The notes beneath the pieces were generated by a model. That model saw nothing but the letters and a program-made list of their open reading frames with translations. It searched no databases and was not told the DNA's origin. The position numbers and the translations under genes were made by a program. Positions 17,177-27,530 of a DNA stretch of 64,000 nt are shown here, in pieces (position 1 is the stretch's first letter; each line of letters opens with the position of its first letter). The DNA is from Emcibacter sp. (GTDB lineage Bacteria > Pseudomonadota > Alphaproteobacteria > Sphingomonadales > Emcibacteraceae), in NCBI GenBank assembly GCA_021774785.1, contig JAJFIQ010000012.1, positions 22,459 to 86,458 of the forward strand, given 5' to 3'.

Positions 17177-17839
17177 TTGTCTTCTAACGAACCTATGATC
17201 ATGGCACTGCCCAAGGGCCGTATCCTAGAAGAGGTCATGCCCATCATACGCGGTGCCGGAATAATCCCGGAGCCAGAGTTTGACGATCCAAAATCCCGCA
17301 AATTAACTTTCGACACCAACAACCCCTTGCTCAAGATAATTCGGGTCCGAAGTTTTGACGTGGCGACATTTGTTGCCTTTGGTGCTGCCCAGCTTGGGGT
17401 TGCGGGAAACGACGTGTTACTGGAATTTGATTATCCCGAAATATATGCACCGCTGGATCTGGACATCAGCCATTGCCGCATATCCGTTGCGGAGTTGAAA
17501 TCCCTGAGCATTGGTGATGATCCAAGCCGATGGAGCCACGTCCGCATTGCCACAAAATACCCGAATCTGACCCGCAAACATTTTGCCAAGCGCGGTGTAC
17601 AGGCAGAATGTATCAAGCTGAACGGCGCTATGGAGCTGGCACCAAGTCTGGGCCTGTGTCGTCGCATTGTTGACCTTGTGAGTTCGGGTGATACACTCAA
17701 GGCAAATGGGCTGGTGGAAATCGAGAAAATCCTTGATATTACCTCGCGCTTCATTGTCAACCGTACCGCTTTCAAAACCCGTAATGAGGAAATCAGCGAG
17801 ATATTGAAAAATATTAGTGCCCGAAATGATTTAAAGTAA
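17177..17839 (+). CDS. hisG: ATP phosphoribosyltransferase (short form)
   Basis: [12 protein letters not shown]... is a HisG N-terminus, and the gene lies upstream of hisD. The TTG at 17177 has a GGAG about 10 nt upstream. Alternative ATG start at 17195; the track start is at 17153. Confidence 0.88.
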   Translation: MSSNEPMIMALPKGRILEEVMPIIRGAGIIPEPEFDDPKSRKLTFDTNNPLLKIIRVRSFDVATFVAFGAAQLGVAGNDVLLEFDYPEIYAPLDLDISHCRISVAELKSLSIGDDPSRWSHVRIATKYPNLTRKHFAKRGVQAECIKLNGAMELAPSLGLCRRIVDLVSSGDTLKANGLVEIEKILDITSRFIVNRTAFKTRNEEISEILKNISARNDLK

Positions 17840-17846
17840 TTTACAC

Positions 17847-19145
17847 ATGGTAACGACATTAAACATAGCAGACACCGGATTTGATCAGGATTTTAAAAAT
17901 TTTCTGACTACCCGCAGGGAATCTGATGCGGATGTTGCCGATGTGGTGCGGGATATTTTGAAAGATGTTCAAGCCCGGGGCGATGAAGCCCTTTTTGACT
18001 ATACCGCCCGTTTTGACCGGCTTGAAATGACCGCAACAACTGTTCGGGTCAGCGAACAAGAATTAAAGTCTGCAAAATCTCAATGTTCTAAAGATGTCTT
18101 GGACGCTCTTAAACTTGCTGCCAAACGCATTGACCGTTTTCACCGCCGCCATTTACCTGTGGATGATGCCTATACAGACGAGGCCGGTGTTACGCTTGAT
18201 GCACGCTGGACAGCAGTATCATCGGCGGGAATATATGTGCCGGGCGGCAAGGCGGTTTATCCCTCCTCCGTTCTGATGAATGCCATACCAGCCAAATGTG
18301 CGGGTGTTGACCGCATCGTCATGGTGGTTCCAGCACCGGATGGCAATCTCAATCCCCTTGTGCTGGCTGCCGCAGAGTTAGTGGGCATTACGGAAATATA
18401 CAAAGTCGGCGGCGCACAGGCGATAGCAGCTTTGGCCTATGGTACAGAATCCATCGCACCCGTTGACGTTATCACCGGACCCGGCAATGCTTATGTGGCC
18501 GCCGCAAAACGCGAAGTTTTTGGCACTGTCGGCATTGACATGATTGCTGGCCCTTCGGAAATTCTGGTGGTTGCCGATGGCAAAAATGACCCGCGCCATA
18601 TTGCCATGGATATATTATCACAGGCAGAGCATGATGAAGTGGCCCAAGCCATTCTTATTACCGATGACGAGGCATTTGCCAAGGCAACTTGCAAGGCCGT
18701 GGATGACCAGCTGAAAGTCCTGCCCCGGTCTGATATTGCGTGGGCAAGCTGGAATAAACATGGGGCGGTTATTCTGGTTCGTGACCTTGCTCAAGCAGTA
18801 CCCCTAGTCAATCAGCTGGCACCGGAACATCTGGAGCTAGCCATTGACAATCCGCGCGACACCGCAAAAGACATTCAAAATGCCGGATCAATCTTTCTTG
18901 GGCGTTATACTCCGGAGGCCATAGGCGATTATGTGGCTGGCCCTAACCATGTGCTGCCCACCGCCAGAAGTGCCCGTTTTTCGTCGGGTTTGAGCGTTCT
19001 TAATTTTATGAAAAGGAATACTCTGATAGAATGCAGTCGTGAAAGCCTCGCACGGGTTGGCCCGGCGGCCATTACGCTGGCCGAAGAAGAAGGCTTGCAG
19101 GCCCACGCCAGATCTATTGGGATCAGACTGTATAACAAGGAATAG
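17847..19145 (+). CDS. hisD: histidinol dehydrogenase
   Basis: 432 aa. Contains GGAQAIAALAYGT, SQAEHD and GDYVAGPNHVLPT. Confidence 0.95.
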   Translation: MVTTLNIADTGFDQDFKNFLTTRRESDADVADVVRDILKDVQARGDEALFDYTARFDRLEMTATTVRVSEQELKSAKSQCSKDVLDALKLAAKRIDRFHRRHLPVDDAYTDEAGVTLDARWTAVSSAGIYVPGGKAVYPSSVLMNAIPAKCAGVDRIVMVVPAPDGNLNPLVLAAAELVGITEIYKVGGAQAIAALAYGTESIAPVDVITGPGNAYVAAAKREVFGTVGIDMIAGPSEILVVADGKNDPRHIAMDILSQAEHDEVAQAILITDDEAFAKATCKAVDDQLKVLPRSDIAWASWNKHGAVILVRDLAQAVPLVNQLAPEHLELAIDNPRDTAKDIQNAGSIFLGRYTPEAIGDYVAGPNHVLPTARSARFSSGLSVLNFMKRNTLIECSRESLARVGPAAITLAEEEGLQAHARSIGIRLYNKE

Positions 19146-19174
19146 ACCATAATAAATAATAGGACAGGGAAGTA

Positions 19175-19678
19175 ATGAGCGAGTCGGGCAGCAGCTATCG
19201 TATCTGCCATATCGAACTGGATGAAAAATCTATTATTCGCCGCAATGCGGATATTGATCACGAACGCCGTGTCGCTATTTTTGACTTGCTCGAAGAAAAC
19301 TCCTATCAGCCAATGGAAGCTCTGCCCGACAATTATGTCGGGCCATATCGGATTGTTCTCAGAATGGAAGATAACCGTCTTGCCATGGATATATATTCTG
19401 ACGAAGACCATCAGTTGACCCGGAAACTGACCATAATTGCCATGCCATTGACGCTTTTACGAAGAACCATCAAGGAATACTTCCATATCTGTGACAGCTA
19501 TTTTGCCGCTATTAAAAGCTCTAGCCCCCGCCAGATTGAAACCATCGACATGGCTAGGCGCAGCCTTCATGATGAAGGGTCAGAAATACTTCAGGAAAGA
19601 CTGGGAGAGAAAGTAAAAATGGACTTTTCAACCGCCCGCCGCCTGTTCACCCTGATTTGCGTTTTACAGATCAGATAG
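19175..19678 (+). CDS. UPF0262 family protein
   Basis: 167 aa. ERRVAIFDLLEENSY is characteristic of UPF0262, and the position after hisD is conserved. Confidence 0.8.
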   Translation: MSESGSSYRICHIELDEKSIIRRNADIDHERRVAIFDLLEENSYQPMEALPDNYVGPYRIVLRMEDNRLAMDIYSDEDHQLTRKLTIIAMPLTLLRRTIKEYFHICDSYFAAIKSSSPRQIETIDMARRSLHDEGSEILQERLGEKVKMDFSTARRLFTLICVLQIR

Positions 19679-19681
19679 TAT

Positions 19682-20170
19682 ATGGCTAACGTCATCCTAC
19701 CCAGCCCCCTTGCACCCTCACCCGTTGAGATACCTCATAGTGTCTTATTTATGTGTAGTTTCAATGCGGTACGTTCGCCTATTGCGGAGGCGCTGACTAA
19801 ATATTATTGTGGACATCAAATTTTTGCCGATAGCGTCGGCATACGGGCAGAAGAAGATAGTGCCAATCCCTTTGCCATCGCCGTTATGGAAGAAATCGGT
19901 CTGGATATATCAGATCATACACCCAAAATGTTTGAAGACCTTATGGATTCATCCTTTGACCTTGTAGTAACGTTAAGTCCCGAAGCACAACATAAAGCCA
20001 TTGACCTTACCCGCACCCTGGATTGTCAGGTAGAATATTGGCCTACCCTTGACCCCACTGCCGTTATGGGTAATCGAGAGAATATTATCGCTGCCTTTCG
20101 TCAAACCCGGGACATGTTAACGGAAAGAATAAAACACCGTTTTGATGTCGGTTATTCACCGGTTGTATAG
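19682..20170 (+). CDS. low-molecular-weight phosphotyrosine phosphatase / ArsC-like
   Basis: CX5R(S/T) P-loop present as MCSFNAVRSPIAEAL; 162 aa. Confidence 0.8.
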   Translation: MANVILPSPLAPSPVEIPHSVLFMCSFNAVRSPIAEALTKYYCGHQIFADSVGIRAEEDSANPFAIAVMEEIGLDISDHTPKMFEDLMDSSFDLVVTLSPEAQHKAIDLTRTLDCQVEYWPTLDPTAVMGNRENIIAAFRQTRDMLTERIKHRFDVGYSPVV

Positions 20171-20257
20171 ACCGATGACTTATTAAAGCAAATAACACTT
20201 GAAAAATCTGTGGTTTAAGCTATTTATCTCGGCAAAGATTTTTAATGAGGAGCCACT

Positions 20258-20476
20258 ATGGCGAAAGAAGAACTTTTGGAAATGCGGGGCACCGTTACTG
20301 AACTACTGCCCAATGCCATGTTCCGCGTAAAACTTGAAAATGATCATGAAATCCTTGGTCATACAGCCGGAAAAATGCGCAAAAACCGTATTCGTGTTCT
20401 TGTGGGTGATGATGTACTGGTTGAAATGACACCCTACGACCTTTCAAAAGGCCGGATTACATATCGCTTTAAATAA
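20258..20476 (+). CDS. infA: translation initiation factor IF-1
   Basis: 72 aa. [51 protein letters not shown]. Confidence 0.96.
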   Translation: MAKEELLEMRGTVTELLPNAMFRVKLENDHEILGHTAGKMRKNRIRVLVGDDVLVEMTPYDLSKGRITYRFK

Positions 20477-20547
20477 GTGAGCCGCTTTTTTTGTCCAAAA
20501 ACGATTCCGGCTTCACAAATTCATTCGGTTTCGGTTACTGTGGCTTC

Positions 20548-21141
20548 ATGACTTCATCACAACAAAATAAATTTCACTTAATATTAGCCTCCGCTTCGCC
20601 GCGCAGAGTGGAACTTCTGGCACAGATCGGCATAATCCCGAATCAGATTATCCCAGCGGATATTGATGAAATCCCATTGCCAAAGGAAGCGCCGCGCCAA
20701 TTAGCCGAGCGACTGGCCGTAAGCAAAGCCGCCCATATTCAAAAAATCCAGTCTGATAGTTTTATCCTTGCCTCTGATACGGTTGTAGCATTGGGCAAGC
20801 GCATATTGGGCAAAGCATCAACCAACGAACAAGCACGGCAGTATCTCACCCTTCTTTCGGGCCGCCGACATAAGGTATATAGTGGCATTTCCCTGATCAC
20901 ACCTGATGGTGGACAAATATCCCGCGTTGTCGTAACCACGGTGATCTTCAAACATCTTTCCACTGCTGATCTAGACCATTATCTCAATCATGATGAATGG
21001 CAGGGCAAGGCAGGGGCCTATGCCATACAGGGAAGGGCCGCCCGTTTTATCAAGGGCATCAATGGCTCTTACAGCAATGTGGTGGGACTGCCTCTGTTTG
21101 AAACCGCAAATATGCTGCAGGGAAACGGCTATGACCTCTGA
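20548..21141 (+). CDS. maf: Maf-like nucleoside triphosphate pyrophosphatase
   Basis: LILASASPRRVELL and DTVV are Maf signatures. The ATG at 20548 was verified. The track start at 20491 is a TTG extension. Confidence 0.85.
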   Translation: MTSSQQNKFHLILASASPRRVELLAQIGIIPNQIIPADIDEIPLPKEAPRQLAERLAVSKAAHIQKIQSDSFILASDTVVALGKRILGKASTNEQARQYLTLLSGRRHKVYSGISLITPDGGQISRVVVTTVIFKHLSTADLDHYLNHDEWQGKAGAYAIQGRAARFIKGINGSYSNVVGLPLFETANMLQGNGYDL

Positions 21142-22519
21142 AGTTCTAATTAATTCGGCTATCGGAGAAACCCGCCTCGCCCTCCTGAAGGACGAACAGA
21201 CAGTAGAGATACGCCTGTTCCGGGATCATGAACCCAGTCTTATGGGCGCGGTCTATTACGGACGGGTAAAATCTTTGAGCAAAGAATTTCAGGCAGCTTT
21301 CATTGATTTGGGCAATGATGTGACGGGATTTCTTCCTCTCACTCTTCTGCCCAAGCGTCCCGGCGGCAAACCAAAAGACCTGACCACATTGCTTAATGAG
21401 GGTCAGAAAATAATCGTTCAGGTCACCGCCGATGCCACCGCAGATAAATCCGCAAAACTCACAGGGCGGGTTGAAATTATTAGCTCCACCCTGATCCTGC
21501 ATCCGTTCCGCGAAGGGGCCTTTATCTCCAGCCGGATCAAAGACCCGGAACGAAGACAGGAATTGAAAAGCTTTACTAACGACCTGAAACTCAAGGGCAT
21601 GGGACTGACGCTCAGAACCGAAGCACAGCATCTGTCCAATGATGATATAAAAAAAACTGCTGACCATCTGATCCGTCACTGGATAAGAGCCATGGAAAAC
21701 AGAGACAGAAAGAAAGTTCCTTTCCTGCTGTCTCAAGGCCCAGACAATCTACTGCAAATCCTAAGAGAATATGGCTGTGCCAAACATGACAGAATAATCT
21801 TTGACCAGCCCGCCACTCTGAAACTGGCTCAGGTCTGGGCGAAAGAATTTGCGCCGGACCTGCGGGAACGGATGATGCTCCACTGTGAAACGATGCCTCT
21901 GTTTGAACATTTCGGGGTTGAAGAAGAACTGGACCGTATGCTTGATAAAAAAATACCCCTGCCCTCTGGCGCCTGGATCACCATCGAGCAAACCGAAGCC
22001 ATGGTTACCGTTGATGTCAATATGGCGGGCGCGCGCCTGAACAATGATCCCATAAAACAACGGCTCAGTATAAATTTTGAAGCAGCAAGGGAAATTTTCA
22101 GGCAAATACGACTGCGCGGGATCAGTGGCCTGATCGTTGTTGACTTCATCAATATCTCTGGCAAATCAGACGTCAGTAACCTGCTTACGGTAGTCGATAA
22201 TTTAATACAAAATGACCCCATACAAATCCAGCGCAGTAACCTGTCTGCCTTTGGCTTGCTTGAACTGGCACGAAAGGCTGGCCATCTAGCCCTTAGCCAG
22301 CAAATACTGGCCCAGCCACAGCTCGCACCGACCATAGAAACTGCAGCTCTTACCCAGCTACGCCAGTCCGAACGCGATGCTTCTGCCAAACCCGGCATTC
22401 CCCTATCGGTCAAGGTCACGCCAAAAGTTGCGGCCTGGCTAAAGGCACAACCGGGCCTTCTGAATGAATTTACCCGACGAACCGGAAGCAAACTGGATAT
22501 TAAGGGAAATAAGCCATGA
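21131..22519 (+). CDS. rng: ribonuclease E/G family protein (RNase G-like)
   Basis: [23 protein letters not shown]..., an S1-like N-terminus and GLIVVDFI are present. The ATG at 21131 overlaps the maf end by 11 nt. The track start at 20990 is an extension in the maf-overlapping frame. Confidence 0.85.
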   Translation: MTSEVLINSAIGETRLALLKDEQTVEIRLFRDHEPSLMGAVYYGRVKSLSKEFQAAFIDLGNDVTGFLPLTLLPKRPGGKPKDLTTLLNEGQKIIVQVTADATADKSAKLTGRVEIISSTLILHPFREGAFISSRIKDPERRQELKSFTNDLKLKGMGLTLRTEAQHLSNDDIKKTADHLIRHWIRAMENRDRKKVPFLLSQGPDNLLQILREYGCAKHDRIIFDQPATLKLAQVWAKEFAPDLRERMMLHCETMPLFEHFGVEEELDRMLDKKIPLPSGAWITIEQTEAMVTVDVNMAGARLNNDPIKQRLSINFEAAREIFRQIRLRGISGLIVVDFINISGKSDVSNLLTVVDNLIQNDPIQIQRSNLSAFGLLELARKAGHLALSQQILAQPQLAPTIETAALTQLRQSERDASAKPGIPLSVKVTPKVAAWLKAQPGLLNEFTRRTGSKLDIKGNKP

Positions 22520-22701
22520 AAGCCGCAAATAGCAATAATCTTTGCCCAATATGTGAGAAAAATCCTGCCACGCCCAAGTTTCACCCTTTCTGTTCCACCC
22601 GCTGTGCCGATGTGGATCTGGGCCGTTGGCTCAAGGGCAATTATGTGATTCCCGGTGAGAAAGCTGATGTGCCCGAACAGGACCCGGATGAAGCCAGTTA
22701 A
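22516..22701 (+). CDS. yacG: DNA gyrase inhibitor YacG (zinc finger)
   Basis: 61 aa. CPICEK...[15 protein letters not shown]. Overlaps the rng stop by 4 nt. Confidence 0.85.
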   Translation: MKAANSNNLCPICEKNPATPKFHPFCSTRCADVDLGRWLKGNYVIPGEKADVPEQDPDEAS

Positions 22702-22833
22702 ACCCTTGAAAGCTGTTGATAAACTGCGGCTTTGACGAGTGGTTCATTTTTTTCAAACGAGTGCTGGACAGACCCCGTCTTTTTTTCTATAACCCATCCA
22801 CCCACGTAAGTGGCCCCCTTAATAATCCCCGAT

Positions 22834-22908
<75 letters not shown>

Positions 22909-22948
22909 CTATCTAAATTTTATCCTTTATTTACAATGCGTATAGAAT

Positions 22949-22997
22949 AAAAAGTGTCCCACTCTTCTAAGGCTTTGTAAAAAGTGGGACACTTTTT
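22949..22997. terminator. perfect 15-bp inverted repeat; bidirectional terminator-like hairpin between convergent tRNAs
   Basis: aaaaagtgtcccact (22949-22963) and agtgggacacttttt (22983-22997) are exact reverse complements with a 19-nt loop. An A-run and a T-run flank the GC core. Confidence 0.6.
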
Positions 22998-23243
22998 CTA
23001 ATTTCCGCTATTTTTTCACAAGATGATGCATACCACTTTCAGCTAGTGATTTTTGATTGGCTGCGCGTGTATAATGCACAACTTGCCTAGAAGTCGTCCA
23101 TAGATATGATCCCAATTATATGAGCACAGCCCGCCAAGCTATTGATGATATTATGATGGAAGTTCAAGAGAAATGTGACACACAAATTATCTTGAACCAT
23201 CTGAATATTAGGGAGATTCCTAAGCCTTTGCAAGATAAGGGAA

Positions 23244-23318
23244 TGGTGGGCGATACAAGATTTGAACTTGTGACCTCCTCGATGTCAACGAGGCGCTCTA
23301 CCCCTGAGCTAATCGCCC
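23244..23318 (-). tRNA. tRNA-Val (anticodon GAC)
   Basis: The reverse complement gggcgattagctcaggggtagagcgcctcgttgacatcgaggaggtcacaagttcaaatcttgtatcgcccacca folds as a cloverleaf with anticodon loop ttGACat and encoded CCA. Confidence 0.9.
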
Positions 23319-23446
23319 CACTATGATAGATAGTGGAAGGAGTTATAATCATTTTCCCGTCTTTGGCAAGGCAAAAGCTCAAATTCTTGTTCATAGCTTG
23401 TTCAGATATTCTTTGTTATGATAGGTCTGAAAAAAGAGGTGAAATC

Positions 23447-24046
23447 ATGCGGCTATTATGGCGAAGAACTTGGCTGATAGGCATTACATTAATTGTCCTT
23501 CCACTCATCGGTTGCAGCAAAACCATTACCAGTGATGTGACGCGATTCCATAACCTTCCCGCTCCTGATGCAGAGAGTATTGAAGTTGTTTCCATGGACC
23601 CAAACCTGCAAAACAGCCTTGAATTTGGTCAATATGCAGAGCTTGTGGGAAGACATCTTGGCCGCTTTGGATATAGCCCGCCGAACAACACATCTTCCAC
23701 ATATATTGCAAGAATTGGTTACGGGATTCAGACAGCAAGCGGGATAATTGATAATGGTCCCCGGTCATCAGTTGCCATAGGCGCCAGCAGCGGCGGTCAC
23801 CATTCCGGAGTAGGGGTCGGCTTGTCATTTCCCATCGGTAACAATGAACCCCGTCAAGAATATATCCGTATCTTATCCATGGAAATTATCCAACGCTCAG
23901 ATGGCGTCAAGCTCTATGAAGGGCAGGTTACAAGTCGTGGTCAGGAAGGATTGCCGATTATGATGCCTTTTCTTGTGGACGCTATGTTTCAGGATTTCCC
24001 CGGCGAAAGTGGTACATCAAATAGAATTAAAACAACCCCTGAATAG
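23447..24046 (+). CDS. putative lipoprotein (DUF4136-like)
   Basis: MRLLWRRTWLIGITLIVLPLIGCSK has a lipobox (LIGC). The ATG at 23447 is preceded by AAGAGGTG. The track start at 23333 is an extension abutting tRNA-Val. Confidence 0.7.
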   Translation: MRLLWRRTWLIGITLIVLPLIGCSKTITSDVTRFHNLPAPDAESIEVVSMDPNLQNSLEFGQYAELVGRHLGRFGYSPPNNTSSTYIARIGYGIQTASGIIDNGPRSSVAIGASSGGHHSGVGVGLSFPIGNNEPRQEYIRILSMEIIQRSDGVKLYEGQVTSRGQEGLPIMMPFLVDAMFQDFPGESGTSNRIKTTPE

Positions 24047-24047
24047 C

Positions 24048-24076
24048 TTGACATAAAGACCAACCCCTCCTATGTA
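24048..24076 (+). promoter_or_regulatory. sigma70-like promoter candidate (TTGACA-N17-TATGTA)
   Basis: ttgaca at 24048-24053, a 17-nt spacer, and tatgta at 24071-24076, upstream of the 24138/24216 ORF. Confidence 0.35.
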
Positions 24077-24215
24077 AGGCCACGGGCATGGGATGCCAGC
24101 CGCTCGCGGCCATTGGCTATGGTGAAATTCCCTTTAAATGAACACAGGATCCATTACAGGACCTGACAGCAATGCGAGCCCTGTCAAATATGTCCACAAT
24201 GAATGGAGACATAAC

Positions 24216-24650
24216 ATGAGTTCAACAACACTCACCTCTGATAACCTGAAACTTCAGGCGCGCCGTATGCGCGATTACTTCGCCGAAAAGAATATTGACA
24301 TTAGCCATTCTTCGGCCCTTGAAACGCTAGCAAAACAGCATGGCTTTAAGGATTGGAATATCCTGTCTGCCACACTTAACAGACAGTCAAAGAAAATACC
24401 TTGGCCGGGACTTGAAGACAAGATAAGCGGCAGCTATCTTGGTCATGCTTTTACCGGAAAGATACTGAAAGTTCAAACCGCCCGCATGGAAAATAACCGA
24501 CGATATACGATCCTGTTTGATGAACCAATAGATGTGGTGTCTTCAAAGCACTTCAGCAATTTTCGGCAGAGAATAAACTGTATTCTGGATCAAAACCTTA
24601 AAAGCGTCGACCACAAAGGCCGCCCGGATAATATTATCCAAGTCATTTAA
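24216..24650 (+). CDS. hypothetical protein with an N-terminal helical domain resembling the glyoxalase-related (Glyoxalase_8-like) module
   Basis: LKLQARRMRDYFAEKNIDISHSSALETLAKQHGFKDWNILSA matches my recollection of the AKxLRxxL...SHSxALExxAxxxGFxDWNxLSA motif. The C-terminal half is unassigned. The start could be 24138 or 24216. Confidence 0.45.
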   Translation: MSSTTLTSDNLKLQARRMRDYFAEKNIDISHSSALETLAKQHGFKDWNILSATLNRQSKKIPWPGLEDKISGSYLGHAFTGKILKVQTARMENNRRYTILFDEPIDVVSSKHFSNFRQRINCILDQNLKSVDHKGRPDNIIQVI

Positions 24651-24744
24651 TATAGCCTTCTGAAAACGGGAAGTCGCAAAGACCAGCGGCTTCCCAAGAT
24701 GGTCTTTTGGGTCATCAAATAAACCTAGAACGTCTGATTATGCT

Positions 24745-25236
24745 CTATTCTATAAATACGGTTCGTTTTTCTTTGGGAAATTGGTAATACATGCCAAACA
24801 TCAGAATATCCACATCCTTGCCATTTCGAGATAGGGGCAAACCAAGCGCATAATAATCCATGAAAGATTTACTGGACCATTTTAACTTGTCAAAATTAAT
24901 ATAAGGCCGCTTTTCCTTAATCAGCCAATTATAATTTTTCTTTAATATTTGTTCAATCAACGGAAATTCGTCCAGGTATTTTCCGGTAACGTCAAGGCCC
25001 ATAGCCTTCACCGTTTCAGTACCAATTAACCTCATTTTATAGCGGCCCGTTTCATGCTCCACATCGACAAGGCTGATATGGGGTAACAATTTTACAATTT
25101 CAACGGGATTCAAATCGGCACGGGAAGGCATTGAACGCTCACCCTTCATATCCAGCCAATATTGATATATGTTTTGCAATATACTATTGGGAAGGTCATC
25201 CACAGAAAAACTATCAATAAAAATCTTATCGTTCAC
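24745..25236 (-). CDS. PAS_5 (DUF1457) domain protein, tandem paralog 1
   Basis: 163 aa. DLPNSILQNIYQYWLDMKGERSMPSRADLNPVEIVKLLPHISLVDVEHETGRYKMRLIGTE is typical of the alphaproteobacterial PAS_5 family. Confidence 0.72.
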   Translation of the reverse strand: MNDKIFIDSFSVDDLPNSILQNIYQYWLDMKGERSMPSRADLNPVEIVKLLPHISLVDVEHETGRYKMRLIGTETVKAMGLDVTGKYLDEFPLIEQILKKNYNWLIKEKRPYINFDKLKWSSKSFMDYYALGLPLSRNGKDVDILMFGMYYQFPKEKRTVFIE

Positions 25237-25273
25237 TAATTTATCTCTCTAAGAACTCTGGAAATTTGACTTT

Positions 25274-25762
25274 TTATAAACCAGAACCGTAAAATTCGGT
25301 TCTTTTCTCCTTAGGGAATTGATAATAGATGCCAATCATTAATATATCCACATCTTTCCCATTTCGGGAGATGGGAAGACCAAGGGAATAATATTCCAAA
25401 AAAGATTTACTCGACCATTTTAACTTATCATAATTAAAATAAGGTAATTTTTCATTTGTTAGCCAATCATATCTTTCTTTCAATAGTCCATCAATAAATG
25501 GGAAATCATCCAAATATTTTCCGGTAACGTCAATGCCCATAGCCTTTACGGTTTCATTGCCTATCACTTTCATTTTATAGCGGCCCGTATTATGTTCCAC
25601 GTTAATGAGATTGATATGGGGCAACAGTTCAACGATATCAAGAGGGTCCAAATTAACACGGAAAGGTAAAGGATGGTCCGCCTTCATCTTTAGCCAATAT
25701 TGATATATATCCCTTAGGATACTATTGGGAAGGTCTGCAATGTTGAATGAGTTTGTTAACAT
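25274..25762 (-). CDS. PAS_5 (DUF1457) domain protein, tandem paralog 2
   Basis: Colinear with the neighbour at roughly two-thirds identity by eye (DLPNSILRDIYQYWLKMKADHPLPFRVNLDPLDIVELLPHINLINVEHNTGRYKMKVIGNE). ATG at 25762 is preferred over the track start at 25816. Confidence 0.72.
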   Translation of the reverse strand: MLTNSFNIADLPNSILRDIYQYWLKMKADHPLPFRVNLDPLDIVELLPHINLINVEHNTGRYKMKVIGNETVKAMGIDVTGKYLDDFPFIDGLLKERYDWLTNEKLPYFNYDKLKWSSKSFLEYYSLGLPISRNGKDVDILMIGIYYQFPKEKRTEFYGSGL

Positions 25763-25860
25763 TATGACTCCAACAAGGATTCTATAAAGAATATTTCTTA
25801 CCAAGTGTGAATGCATTAGTATTTAATATATTAACATATCTCGGCTAATACATCAAAAAA

Positions 25861-27450
25861 TTATACCAACTGTTCTTTGGTTTTCAGAAAACGGATTTCT
25901 GGATTGTCATCCTTTGCCTTGTCCAACCGCCAGGCATTACGGGCAAGAAACACAGGCGAACCACTATGGTCTTCGGCCATATTGGCCTTGTTGCTGTCAA
26001 TGAAGGCTTTCAGCTTGAATTTATCATCACATTCAACCCAGACTGCAGTGTGCAGCGACGTGGCCTCAAAACGACAAGGCACATCATACTCGGTGCGAAT
26101 GCGGTCACCCATGACCTCAAACTGCAGCATACCCACAACACCCACATACCATTCGGACCCGATGGTGGGTTTAAAAACTCTGGCGGCACCTTCCTCCGCC
26201 AACTGTTGCAGGGCACGGCCCAGATGTTTAGCTTTCATAGGGTCTTCCGGGCGGACGGTCTGAATATATTCCGGTGCAAAATTGGGAATTCCGGTGAAGC
26301 GCAGCTCTTCGCCCTCGCTCAGGCTGTCACCGATACGCAGGTTTCCGTGGTTTGGAATGCCAAAAATATCGCCGGGCCAGGCCACTTCGGCCAGCTCCCT
26401 ATCCTGTGCCAGAAACATCACCGGATTATGTAGATTGACCATTTTGCCGTCGCGAACCTGTTTTAATTTCATACCGCGCTTGAACTTGCCAGACACCAGC
26501 CGGAAAAAAGCAATGCGGTCCCGATGCTTCGGATCCATATTAGCCTGAATTTTAAAGATAAAACCGGAAACTTTGCTTTCATGAGGATCAACAGCGCGGC
26601 TTGTAGTTTTAAAGGTTCCAGGAATGGGTGAACGGCTACCAATGCCTTCCAGTAATTCCCGCACACCAAAATTATTAATGGCGCTGCCGAAATATACTGG
26701 CGTCATGGTACCATCAAGATAAGCCTGGCTGTCGAATTCGGGGCAAAGTTCCCGCACCATGGCGACCTCTTCGCGCAGTTGTGTCAGTTGATCCTGCGGC
26801 AAAAGATCATCCAGCTTTGGATCATTAATTCCTTCACAGACAACCCCCTCATCAGGCCGGTCATTCTTGGTTTTCTCAATCAGAATCAAACGGTCATTAA
26901 TCAGGTCGTAACAGCCTTTGAAATCCCGCCCCATACCAATGGGCCATGTAGCCGGTGTCACATCAAGGGCAAGCTGCTGTTCGATCACATCAAGAAGCGC
27001 AAACGGGTCCAGAGATTCCCGGTCAAGTTTATTGATAAAGGTTGTCACTGGCATATCCCGCAGACGGCAAACTTCAAATAGTTTCCGGGTCTGCCCCTCA
27101 ATGCCTTTCGCTCCGTCTAGCACCATGATGGCACTATCCACGGCGGTTAACACCCGGTAAGTATCTTCGGAAAAATCTTCATGGCCCGGCGTATCCAACA
27201 GGTTAAACATGCGACCTTCATATTCAAAGGTCATCACAGATGAGGCCACTGAAATGCCACGCTCCTGCTCCACTTTCATCCAGTCAGATCGAGCGCGTCT
27301 TCGGTCACCGCGTGCCTTGACCTCACCTGCCATCTGAATCGCACCACCAAATAGTAGCAACTTTTCCGTCAGGGTCGTTTTACCCGCATCAGGATGGGCA
27401 ATGATGGCAAATGTCCGACGTCTATCGACTTCGGTCTGTAATTGGCTCAT
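25861..27450 (-). CDS. prfC: peptide chain release factor 3
   Basis: 529 aa. RRTFAIIAHPDAGKTTLTEKLL (G1) and DTPGHEDF (G3), with PrfC-type length and C-terminus. Confidence 0.95.
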   Translation of the reverse strand: MSQLQTEVDRRRTFAIIAHPDAGKTTLTEKLLLFGGAIQMAGEVKARGDRRRARSDWMKVEQERGISVASSVMTFEYEGRMFNLLDTPGHEDFSEDTYRVLTAVDSAIMVLDGAKGIEGQTRKLFEVCRLRDMPVTTFINKLDRESLDPFALLDVIEQQLALDVTPATWPIGMGRDFKGCYDLINDRLILIEKTKNDRPDEGVVCEGINDPKLDDLLPQDQLTQLREEVAMVRELCPEFDSQAYLDGTMTPVYFGSAINNFGVRELLEGIGSRSPIPGTFKTTSRAVDPHESKVSGFIFKIQANMDPKHRDRIAFFRLVSGKFKRGMKLKQVRDGKMVNLHNPVMFLAQDRELAEVAWPGDIFGIPNHGNLRIGDSLSEGEELRFTGIPNFAPEYIQTVRPEDPMKAKHLGRALQQLAEEGAARVFKPTIGSEWYVGVVGMLQFEVMGDRIRTEYDVPCRFEATSLHTAVWVECDDKFKLKAFIDSNKANMAEDHSGSPVFLARNAWRLDKAKDDNPEIRFLKTKEQLV

Positions 27451-27530
27451 GGAACGGTCCGCAATTTCTATACTTCACTATTGCGGCGGAATTTACGCAA
27501 CCCCATGACAGAAGTACAGCAGAAACTCAT

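Noticed and set aside
18929-19411. 160-aa minus-strand ORF spanning the hisD / UPF0262 junction
   Set aside because: It overlaps two conserved plus-strand genes and is an antisense artefact.
21146-22584. Long antisense ORFs (196 aa, 114 aa, 251 aa) opposite rng
   Set aside because: They lie entirely inside the well-supported RNase G gene on the other strand and have low-complexity Arg/Ser-rich composition typical of antisense frames.
23120-23394. ORFs 23120-23326 (+) and 23164-23394 (-)
   Set aside because: Both read through tRNA-Val (TRFELVTSSMSTRRSTPEL on one strand, GVERLVDIEEVTSSNLV on the other). Neither has coding support outside the tRNA.
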